The translations under genes were made by a program, and so were the position numbers. Below are positions 36,295 to 44,435 of a stretch of DNA of 44,435 bases, piece by piece (position 1 is the first letter of the stretch; each line of letters begins with the position of its first letter). Source of the stretch: an uncultured Candidatus Nitrosopelagicus sp. (GTDB lineage Archaea > Thermoproteota > Nitrososphaeria > Nitrososphaerales > Nitrosopumilaceae); the NCBI GenBank assembly GCA_964557215.1, contig CAZKZG010000010.1:1-44435 (forward strand), in the 5' to 3' direction. A model generated the notes under the pieces. It was not told the origin of the DNA. It did not search any database and worked only from the letters and a program-made list of their open reading frames with translations.

Positions 36295-36327
36295 ATAAGC
36301 ATTTGGTTGGTATAATATATAAAGATT

Positions 36328-37719
36328 TTAACCAAAAAGATGTTTTTGAAGGTGTTCTTTTATGTCCATAACGTGCCATCCTCCACCACCTTGAACTGCT
36401 CTACAAGCCAAAACAAGGCTATCAGGATAATCATCATGCTCTTCTGATTTTATTTTCATTACGCCTGTTTCAGTATATTCTCTTCTTAAATAAGATAGTT
36501 GGTAAACTAATTTATTTATCTCTTTTAATTTGATTTTATGGTTTTCAAATAATAATCTCAAATTTTTATACATCTCTGCTTTTTCTTGTAATGTAAAAAC
36601 AACTCCTCTAACTGGAAGATCTCTCTCTCTTGCTAAATCAACAAGTCCACCACCCAAACCAGTTTCATCTATAAATACACTCTCTACTTTATAATCTCTA
36701 ACAAGATCTCCTATTCTGCCACAAACATCAACTACATTGGATTGTGCTTCTGCAATAACATCTTCAACAAAAACAACCTCGTCTTCATCTACACCTATAA
36801 CCGTGAAAACCGTTTCATCACGACCTGTTCGTGCAATATCAACTCCCATATAATAGTTAATCCTTCCTCTTGGTTTATAATCAACAATCGCTTCTTTTAT
36901 TAAATTATTTGGTATAAGTGCATTACCTATATCTAGGAATTCTCCTTCAACCTCTTGAACATATTCATCTCTTGTAAGCTTCTTTATTTCTTCTAAAAAT
37001 GAAGGATCTTCTTGAATTAATGGAGAATCTGTAGATTTTACATGAAACTCTGTCCACATACCATCAGGGTTTGATGGTTTAGCATTTTGACAAGCTTCAA
37101 AAAAGTAACCTGATTTTGAAAACGGAGTTGATGTAAGCCATACTCTAGCGTGTGTAGCCATTCCAGAAGGTAAGAATGCTTTTAGAATACTTGATTTAAT
37201 GAAAGAACATTCGTCAGCAATAATACAATGTGGTGAATAACCTCTAAGTGATACACCAGTTTCACCTGTTGCCCTAGTGATTATTTTTGACATACCTTTA
37301 CCGTCAAGATAATTAACCCAAAGTTCTGATTGTGTGTTTCTTACTATATAGCCTTTTAAGAAATCATTATTTATGACAAGACTTCTTATTCTATCAAACA
37401 TGATTGTAGCCTGATTTTGTGTAGGTGCTGCGATAACTATTGTACATTCATCTTTTACTGTTTTAAGTTGTAATGGTGCAAAGAACGCAAAATGTATTGC
37501 TTTTACTGCTGTTGACATTGTTTTACCCACCTGTCTTCCACTACGATACACAATAAATCTATCTTTACAGTTTACATATTTTTGATTGTAATCAAATAGT
37601 TTATGGTTAAGAAACACTTCACTAAATTTACTTGGATTTGTAGCACACTCAGCTATAACTTGCATAAAATCTTTTCTTTCTTTTACCTCTTCATTTGTGG
37701 GTCTAACCAATGGTTTCAC
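36328..37719 (-). CDS. terL: Terminase large subunit
   Basis: LFDYNQ, Walker A SGRQVGKT, APTQNQA, LRG, Walker B IIADE, STP, MGVDIAR, IDETGLG, HDDYPDSL. Confidence 0.95.
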   Translation of the reverse strand: MKPLVRPTNEEVKERKDFMQVIAECATNPSKFSEVFLNHKLFDYNQKYVNCKDRFIVYRSGRQVGKTMSTAVKAIHFAFFAPLQLKTVKDECTIVIAAPTQNQATIMFDRIRSLVINNDFLKGYIVRNTQSELWVNYLDGKGMSKIITRATGETGVSLRGYSPHCIIADECSFIKSSILKAFLPSGMATHARVWLTSTPFSKSGYFFEACQNAKPSNPDGMWTEFHVKSTDSPLIQEDPSFLEEIKKLTRDEYVQEVEGEFLDIGNALIPNNLIKEAIVDYKPRGRINYYMGVDIARTGRDETVFTVIGVDEDEVVFVEDVIAEAQSNVVDVCGRIGDLVRDYKVESVFIDETGLGGGLVDLARERDLPVRGVVFTLQEKAEMYKNLRLLFENHKIKLKEINKLVYQLSYLRREYTETGVMKIKSEEHDDYPDSLVLACRAVQGGGGWHVMDIKEHLQKHLFG

Positions 37720-37828
37720 CTGTTAGTTCTTTTATTTTTTTTTCATAATCATGGCAAATACACTTACAATCAACAAACCACTCATCTTCGTGTTTATCTT
37801 CACACGCCAAACATCCTTTAAGAACCAT
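37703..37828 (-). CDS. Cys/His micro-protein (41 aa)
   Basis: CLACEDKH...CKCICH. Confidence 0.55.
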   Translation of the reverse strand: MVLKGCLACEDKHEDEWFVDCKCICHDYEKKIKELTGETIG

Positions 37829-38069
37829 CTTCCACCCACACCCATTTGCCTTTATTATTGAGTCTTATCGGCTTTTTTGGTTTCTTCTTATTAATAATTT
37901 GATTTAAAATCATAAGCTGGTTTGCCAACATATATGTTAATCTAGTCTTTTCAGAACCTTTAGAATCTTTCAATTTTTCCTCTATCTCACTAACAAGTTT
38001 ACGCTGATATTCCTCTGGAGGTAAGACAAAATTTTCTCTTTTTAACCAACCAAACATATTAATCCCCAC
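37818..38069 (-). CDS. Hypothetical protein
   Basis: 83-aa ORF in the terminase operon. Confidence 0.55.
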   Translation of the reverse strand: MGINMFGWLKRENFVLPPEEYQRKLVSEIEEKLKDSKGSEKTRLTYMLANQLMILNQIINKKKPKKPIRLNNKGKWVWVEDGS

Positions 38070-38619
38070 TTCCTTGGGCTTTTATCTGCCTGAATATATT
38101 AGCAATATCACCCTCTTTATCATATTCTTGTTTTTCTGAAACAACTATTTTACTATTTAAATCATTTATGGATTTTACTATATCCAACAATGTTTTAATT
38201 TCTGATTTTGTGTTTCTATCAGGTATATTACCGTCCATTTTGGCTTGTGTAAGAGCCATAAGAACATTTTCAAATGATATTTTTGCAATCATATCAATCA
38301 TGGCTTTTAAATCTTCTGGATTCCTTGTGTCAAGCTCATTTATGAATTTTAGAAAGTCTTCTCTAATTGCACAAACAGCACCAGCTTCATATTTAGGGCA
38401 TTTACCATTACCACCGTCTTCAATAGACCTATAGACACATTGATCACATAATGCAGGTATATTTGCTGCCTTGAAATGTTTTGTAGAGTTGAAAGGACTT
38501 ACTGTTTTTCTTTTATCTTCTACGACTATGTTTTTGTTTCCGACAGGCTTTATCTTAAATAAATCTTCCTTTTTATCCATTATATAACAGTTATTTCCTT
38601 CATTATTAAAGTTTTTCAT
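38059..38619 (-). CDS. Putative terminase small subunit (probable start 38580)
   Basis: Position upstream of TerL; Cys cluster followed by helical region; assignment is positional. Confidence 0.5.
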   Translation of the reverse strand: MKNFNNEGNNCYIMDKKEDLFKIKPVGNKNIVVEDKRKTVSPFNSTKHFKAANIPALCDQCVYRSIEDGGNGKCPKYEAGAVCAIREDFLKFINELDTRNPEDLKAMIDMIAKISFENVLMALTQAKMDGNIPDRNTKSEIKTLLDIVKSINDLNSKIVVSEKQEYDKEGDIANIFRQIKAQGSGD

Positions 38620-38732
38620 TCACCGACAATTTTGTGACATAAACATTCACATTTTAGACTTAATCTAACTTTTGGGCAATCTACATGATCATGTCTAACA
38701 CATTCAGGTGAAACGTGTTTTATTCCGACCAT
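38616..38732 (-). CDS. Cys/His micro-protein (38 aa)
   Basis: CVRHDHVDC...CECLCH. Confidence 0.55.
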   Translation of the reverse strand: MVGIKHVSPECVRHDHVDCPKVRLSLKCECLCHKIVGE

Positions 38733-39484
38733 TTTTCCCTATTATCTTCAAAACACTTTGTTGCAAATGGACACATACCGTCACAAAGAAAACATTTTGT
38801 TCTTTCTGGGAGAATTTCTTTTGATAAAGAAGTTTTGATGATATTTGCCTTTTCTATAATATCAATTAATGTTTATTCTATTGGTTTTAGTTTAAAAGAC
38901 ATGACTACAGGTTTGTCTCTTGAGTCTTTTTCTATTCTATTTGAAATGTAAATAACACACCCAAATTCTGCATCAATATCATAGCATTTTTTTAAAAGAA
39001 CTCTATATCTATTAATTTGATCTCTATGTGAGTCACTAACTTTTCCACTTGCTCTTCCAAAATAATCTATAGAACCAGTCGTCTTTTTATCACAAATTAT
39101 CCATTTTCCTCCAACTTTCATCAGGTCATCAATACTACCATAAATAATATCTAGTTGTCTTGGGTCATCTTCTTTTATTTTTAATGCTTCTTCTCTTGTC
39201 AAAGATACATCTCTAACATAATCATATGCAAGAAATTTTTCATGGTTTTCTTCAGTTGCTAATTGTGAGTTTGAATGAACACATTGACCAAAATATAATG
39301 ATTTGACATCTTCTGTAGAAGCACCTGTTTTTGGTTCAGTTTTATTATAAATAACATTTCTCATACATGGTTTAATTATATCAGAAACGTGTATTTGACC
39401 TAACCTTTCGGTCTTCAAAGCATCCATTTGAGCCCTTCTAAACTCAAAATAAATTTCATTATTAATATCTTCTAGCTTTAGCAT
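38720..39484 (-). pseudogene. cas4: Solo Cas4-like PD-(D/E)xK exonuclease with in-frame TAA at 38873-38875
   Basis: HVSD-x4-CMR, GQCVH, GSIDD, DKKT, QINRY; the frame continues past the stop to CFLCDGMCPFATKC, the Fe-S cluster cysteines. Confidence 0.8.
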
Positions 39485-39518
39485 GAAAATACTAAGTGAA
39501 TGCCTTATATAAGGCTAT

Positions 39519-39641
39519 CTACCCAACTGTGTTTGTACAATCGCAACCTTCAACGCTACATCCATTTGTGCCTTCATGGTCATGTATTCCATGTTCACAA
39601 ATTTCACACGTTCCACTTGCAATTTTTACTATATCTGCCAT
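39519..39641 (-). CDS. Cys/His micro-protein (40 aa)
   Basis: CEICEHGIHDH...CSVEGCDC. Confidence 0.6.
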   Translation of the reverse strand: MADIVKIASGTCEICEHGIHDHEGTNGCSVEGCDCTNTVG

Positions 39642-39994
39642 CAATAACTCTCCTCAATTACAAAGTTAAAAGTTTTCGTTTGTTCTGAAATAGCTCCACT
39701 ATTATCTTTCAATTCAACTTCACCTGACCAATTTCCAGCATTTGCTATGACTGTATCTGAAGTTTGTAATGTGTAAGTAATTATACCATTTGATCTGTCA
39801 GAGAATACAATATTACCATTTATAAGAAGTGTTCCATCTGGCTTCCAAACTTTCCATTTACCTGTATTATAATTTACCGTGTTTGAAAGGTTTTTTGCTG
39901 TACCTGCATCATTTGTTATTGTTAATTGTAAACTAATCAAGCTACCAGCTTTTACTCTAAATTCCGTTGATCTTCCTACCATATTCATACTCAT
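39641..39994 (-). CDS. BppU-like Ig-fold baseplate/tail protein
   Basis: KPDGT, NGIITY, AGNWSGEVE, TFNFVI pattern. Confidence 0.65.
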   Translation of the reverse strand: MSMNMVGRSTEFRVKAGSLISLQLTITNDAGTAKNLSNTVNYNTGKWKVWKPDGTLLINGNIVFSDRSNGIITYTLQTSDTVIANAGNWSGEVELKDNSGAISEQTKTFNFVIEESY

Positions 39995-42900
39995 CTAATT
40001 TCCACCTTCTACATTCTCTTCCGTGTCCCCACTACTTATAGTTTGTGAACTATCTGAGGTAGAAGCACTCTCACTTGTTATACCTGTGCTTGTAGATTGT
40101 GATGTTGCTTCAGTTGAAGATGTCTCTGAAGTCCAATATGTTCCCAAATTCTGAGTTTGAATTATTACTGTATTATATAGGTCTTTAAAGAAACTCTGTG
40201 TGATACCAATACTTTCATTGACAAACTGTTTAATTACAAATATTCTTTCTCTAAATGACTCTATTCCAATATTTTCACCTATGAACATTTGTCTTCCTCT
40301 AACAAATATACTACTAAATGTAATTCCAATGTTTTCACCGATCAATACTGAGATATGCTTGAATGATTTTATTACTTCTGTCACACCAACAGTTGATGCA
40401 ATTAATTTGGTAATCGCCCTTGTGTATATTTTTGATTCTGTAACTCCTATAGTTGAAGAAACAAATGCTTGTCTTATTCTTGAAAATACTGCTAATGTTG
40501 TAATTCCAACTGTTTCAGTTTGAATCTTCTTAAATACTCTTGTCCATTCTTCTGAATGTGTAATTCCAAGATTTTCACTTACAAAGTGTTGTAATACACG
40601 AATTCTTCTTCTAAATGATTGAATACCAACAGTAGATGTATTGAATCTTTGTAATACAGCTAATCTGATTAATGACTCTGTTAAACCTATCTGAGTATTT
40701 ATTAGTTTTATTATTGCCTTTATTCTTTCTTTTGATTCTGTTAATCCAATAGATTCATCAATGAATTTACCAATTACTTTCACTCTTTCCTTTATTTCAG
40801 TAATTCCAATAGTAGATGTAGTAAACTTTTGTAATACTCTTGCAATTTGAGTTGTTGTTGTTATACCGACTGTTTCAACAAATACTCTTGTCCATAATTT
40901 GAAGAAGTTTTCTGTTACACCTAAACTCTCATTAACAAAGTGTTGTAATGCTCTTACTCTTTTCCTAAATGACTGTATTCCAACAGTTGAATTATTAAAG
41001 ACTTGTAAGACTCTTAATCTTAATTCGTCTTGAGTAACACCTATTGTGTTGTCTATGAATCTTTGTAAAACTCTTGTTCTTAATTTTGATTCGGTAATAC
41101 CAATGGTTGACTCTTTGAATCTTTGTATGACTCTGTTTGATACTTCTAAATGTGTAATTCCAATGGTTTCAGTTACTACAATTCTTAATAATGTTCTAAC
41201 TCTCTTTCTGAATGACTCTATTCCAACTATTGATGTGTGGAATATTTGTAATACTCTTGAGGTTTCTTCAGAGGAACTTATACCAATAGTTGATGTGTGT
41301 AATCTTGCTTTTACCATTGTTGTTATAAATTCAACTTTTGTTTGGAATATGCTAGTTTGGAATATACTTTGGAATAAGTCTATTGCACCAATCCTCATTG
41401 TTTCTGATATGAATTTAAGCCTACCTCTTATTGTTATACTTGAAGATGTTATTCTCATGTCTTCTGTAATTCTTTTAACAAAATTCTTTGCTCTTATTCT
41501 GAAAGATTGAATACCAACTGTTGACTCATGGAATATTTGTAATACTCTAGCAAACTTTGGTTTGGTTGTTACACCAATATTGGATTGATGGAATTGTTTA
41601 AAGTCTAATGCTTTCTTTGAATCTGTAGCTATACCAACTGTGCTTGTTGCCAATACACCTAACACTCTTGAGAACTTTTGTGAAGAAGTAATACCAACTG
41701 TACTATCAATAACAGATTTAATTATTGTTCTAACTCTTCTTCTAAATGATTGTATTCCGACTGTTGATTTATGGAACATTTGAAGTGTTCTTGCGAACAA
41801 GAATGATGTTGTAACACCAACTGTTTCTGTAAACACTCTTGTCCATAATTTGAAGAAGTTTTCTGTTACGCCAACAGTTGACTCATGGAATTGTTTAAAG
41901 TCTTGTGCCTTCTTGGAAGAAGTGGCTATACCAACTGTGCTTGTTACAAAGTGTATTAATGTTCTAACTCTCTTTCTGAATGATTGTATTCCTATTGTGG
42001 ACTCATGGAACATTTGTAATGTTCTTGCAAACAGTTGTGTTGAAGTAATACCTACTGTGGTTTCAAGGAATCTTTGTAAGACTCTTGAGGACTTGAATGA
42101 AGTTGTAATTCCAATAGTGGTTTCAATGAACTTTTGGATAGTCTTTGAGAACAATGCATCAGTTGTAATACCAACACTTTCTGTAAAGTATTCAAATAAT
42201 CCCAATGTTCTTGCAGTTTCATGTCCTTTAAAGAATATTCGACCTTGGAATGTATTTCTTTGGAAAAGAGGATTTTTCTTTACTACATCAACGGTTTCAT
42301 TAACAAAGTGTATTAATGTTCTAACTCTTTTCCTAAACGACTGTATTCCTACAGTTGATTCATGGAACATCTGTAATACTCTTACTCTCAACTCACTTTG
42401 AGTTATTCCTACTGTAGTTTCATGGAATCTTTGATAAACTGCTGTTCTAAATTTATCTTCTGTGTTTCCAATACTTTCCTCTATGAATTTATTAATTACT
42501 CTTACTCTACGTCTAAATGACTCTATACCAACAGTTGTAGAAATGAATTTTTGTATTACTTTTGAAGTTTCAAATGAGGTAGTTATACCAACACTTTCTG
42601 CAAAGAATCTTGCCCATAACTTAATGAATCCTTCTGTGTTTCCAATAGTTTCATCAATGAATTTTAATAGGACTTTTGATCTAGTTCTAAATGAAGCCAC
42701 ACCTACAGTTTCAGTAAAGGCAACAACAAATCCTAAAACCACTTGTCGAGCTTCTGTAACACCAATCGTAGATGTGTTAAATCTGTTAAGAACTCTTGTC
42801 CAATTATATCCTTCCGTACTACCTATTGTTTCTGTTATGAATTTTAATAATACTCTTGCTCTCTTTCTAAACGATTGTATTCCAATAGATTCTTCAAATG

Positions 42901-43678
42901 CTTTAAATATAACCGAAGCTGTTTCTAAACTAGAAGTGATACCAATAGTATCATCTACAAATCTTACAAAGTCTTTTGCTCTAATTCTAAAGGATTCTAC
43001 TCCTACAGTTGATTTGTGGAATCTTTGCATAGCCCTTACTCTTAATTCATCTTGAGTAACACCTATGGTTGAATTATCTGTTCGTATCTTTCCAAGTGTT
43101 GTAACTGCTTCTGTTACAAAATGAAATACATTGTTTTGGAATAATGTTTGGAATGTTTGTGGTATTATAACTTTTACAGTTTCGGTGAATACTCTTACCC
43201 ATTTCTTTGTAAATGACTGAGTTATTCCTACTGTAGTTTCATGGAATCTTTGTAATATTCTTGAACTTAGTTTTGTTTCTGTAAGACCAACATCTTCTTC
43301 AAGCATACTAATGATTGCTCTTAATCTTTCATATCCCTCAGTAGTTCCCATTTGCTCTTCAAATGCTTTAAGTATGGTTCTAGTGAATTTGGAACTTTCA
43401 GTATATCCTAATGATTCTGTGACAAAATGTATTAATGCTCTAGTTCTAATTCTAAAGGATTCTACTCCCATTTCCTCTGTTAATGCTTTTACTAACACTC
43501 TGACAGTTTCTCTTGATTCTGTTATACCATAAGACTCATTAACTAATTTTACTATTGCCTGTAATACATCAAACACATTTGGCTGGAATATACCCCTGTC
43601 ATATGTTATATCACCCCATGCTTTTTGAAAAGCATTACTTTGAAATTCGTCTTGAAAGACTTGACTTATTTTAGCCAA
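39995..43678 (-). CDS. Large tandem-repeat structural (fibre-like) protein
   Basis: Dozens of ~20-aa repeats centred on [ES][ST][IV]G[IV][TEQ]; located in the tail module. Confidence 0.8.
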   Translation of the reverse strand: MAKISQVFQDEFQSNAFQKAWGDITYDRGIFQPNVFDVLQAIVKLVNESYGITESRETVRVLVKALTEEMGVESFRIRTRALIHFVTESLGYTESSKFTRTILKAFEEQMGTTEGYERLRAIISMLEEDVGLTETKLSSRILQRFHETTVGITQSFTKKWVRVFTETVKVIIPQTFQTLFQNNVFHFVTEAVTTLGKIRTDNSTIGVTQDELRVRAMQRFHKSTVGVESFRIRAKDFVRFVDDTIGITSSLETASVIFKAFEESIGIQSFRKRARVLLKFITETIGSTEGYNWTRVLNRFNTSTIGVTEARQVVLGFVVAFTETVGVASFRTRSKVLLKFIDETIGNTEGFIKLWARFFAESVGITTSFETSKVIQKFISTTVGIESFRRRVRVINKFIEESIGNTEDKFRTAVYQRFHETTVGITQSELRVRVLQMFHESTVGIQSFRKRVRTLIHFVNETVDVVKKNPLFQRNTFQGRIFFKGHETARTLGLFEYFTESVGITTDALFSKTIQKFIETTIGITTSFKSSRVLQRFLETTVGITSTQLFARTLQMFHESTIGIQSFRKRVRTLIHFVTSTVGIATSSKKAQDFKQFHESTVGVTENFFKLWTRVFTETVGVTTSFLFARTLQMFHKSTVGIQSFRRRVRTIIKSVIDSTVGITSSQKFSRVLGVLATSTVGIATDSKKALDFKQFHQSNIGVTTKPKFARVLQIFHESTVGIQSFRIRAKNFVKRITEDMRITSSSITIRGRLKFISETMRIGAIDLFQSIFQTSIFQTKVEFITTMVKARLHTSTIGISSSEETSRVLQIFHTSIVGIESFRKRVRTLLRIVVTETIGITHLEVSNRVIQRFKESTIGITESKLRTRVLQRFIDNTIGVTQDELRLRVLQVFNNSTVGIQSFRKRVRALQHFVNESLGVTENFFKLWTRVFVETVGITTTTQIARVLQKFTTSTIGITEIKERVKVIGKFIDESIGLTESKERIKAIIKLINTQIGLTESLIRLAVLQRFNTSTVGIQSFRRRIRVLQHFVSENLGITHSEEWTRVFKKIQTETVGITTLAVFSRIRQAFVSSTIGVTESKIYTRAITKLIASTVGVTEVIKSFKHISVLIGENIGITFSSIFVRGRQMFIGENIGIESFRERIFVIKQFVNESIGITQSFFKDLYNTVIIQTQNLGTYWTSETSSTEATSQSTSTGITSESASTSDSSQTISSGDTEENVEGGN

Positions 43679-43687
43679 GTTATGTCA

Positions 43688-44435
43688 CTATGCTATTTCT
43701 GTCCAAGTACTCGTAGTTGCGTTCCAAATATAGTGTTTACCGTCATCTGTTGCTTCCATGATTGAACCTGCTGGTAAGTTTGTTATTGGTGAAGCATCTG
43801 AATAGTCGTTAGGGCATTTACTGTCACTTGATGTTGTTGTAGCATCCCACACTTGAACATCATCTATTATACCAGTAAGTTGACCACCATAACCCCATTG
43901 TGAACATTTTATACCAAAGTATTTTAAATTATCTATGCCAGCACAAGTTGTTAAATTTCTTGGCGTTCCCAATGCTGTGTCTCCAGTATGCGAACCTGTT
44001 CTAATTGTCATTGTTGCATTAGCATCACTTGTTCTTTTAATCTCACAATAATAATTTGTTCCAGTAGAGAAACTACTCCAACCTGTTTGACCAGCTCCAT
44101 CAAGACTATTTGTTGCATCATTCTGTCTTGCAAAATAAGTTCTATCTGTTCCATCTCTATCTAAATGTAGGTCTAGGTATATAGCTGATTTTGCCGTACT
44201 AGAGTGGAAACCTACTGTTTCATCAACATCAAACATTCCTATTGCAACTGCATGACGATCCGTGCCTGGGGCGAGTCCAGAATTATCTGCTGTTGAAATA
44301 TTAAATCTGAAACGACATATCCATTCTGTATTACTTAATGTGCTTCCTAACTCATAACTTATAGAATCGTTTGAATCATCCTCTACCGAATTAAAGTCTA
44401 TATCTTTATCTGAAATATTCACTCTAACTTTTGCA
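43688..44435 (-). CDS. Tail/adhesin protein with LamG/concanavalin-like domain, 5' end outside the window
   Basis: Frame stays open to the window edge; beta-rich with GIIDDVQVWD and C-terminal GSIMEATDDGKHYIWN...WTE. Confidence 0.7.
   Translation of the reverse strand, partial: AKVRVNISDKDIDFNSVEDDSNDSISYELGSTLSNTEWICRFRFNISTADNSGLAPGTDRHAVAIGMFDVDETVGFHSSTAKSAIYLDLHLDRDGTDRTYFARQNDATNSLDGAGQTGWSSFSTGTNYYCEIKRTSDANATMTIRTGSHTGDTALGTPRNLTTCAGIDNLKYFGIKCSQWGYGGQLTGIIDDVQVWDATTTSSDSKCPNDYSDASPITNLPAGSIMEATDDGKHYIWNATTSTWTEIA

Noticed and set aside
38720-39484. CRISPR-Cas locus suggested by cas4
   Set aside because: No repeat-spacer array or other cas genes seen; solo Cas4 is common in archaeal viruses.
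40200-43532. Plus-strand ORFs of 73-197 aa
   Set aside because: Antisense shadows produced by the repetitive fibre gene.
1-44435. Provirus boundaries, integrase, or alternative genetic code
   Set aside because: No integrase or host housekeeping flank recognised; all three stop codons terminate genes normally apart from the single cas4 case.

Overview
Most of the genome of a head-tailed (HK97-fold, Caudoviricetes-type) archaeal virus. Evidence for an archaeal host: archaeal-type RadA and MCM, BRE/TATA promoters with leaderless starts, and GGTGA/GAGG ribosome-binding motifs. Gene content and AT-richness resemble viruses of marine Thaumarchaeota (Nitrososphaeria), but the host is an inference. 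Layout: (-) head module (portal, prohead protease-scaffold, major capsid protein cut by the window edge) at 1-7.3 kb; a (+) early/accessory block at 7.4-22.2 kb (amidoligase + class II glutamine amidotransferase, Dam-like MTase, MoxR/CobS-like AAA+ with a peptidase-vWA partner, many micro-proteins); a (-) replication block (MT-A70 MTase, nucleases, RadA, MCM, phosphoesterase); then putative internal head proteins, terminase, a Cas4-like nuclease with an in-frame stop, and tail/adhesin genes. The most striking unannotated structure is a ~585-bp dyad-symmetric element (9361-9945). It has diverged inverted arms, repeated 8-12-8 palindromes, 10 GATC sites and a central A-tract. Four candidate structured non-coding RNAs lie within ~2 kb of it, one a ~183-nt rod upstream of the amidoligase operon. 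All family calls come from motif reading by eye; no database searches were run.
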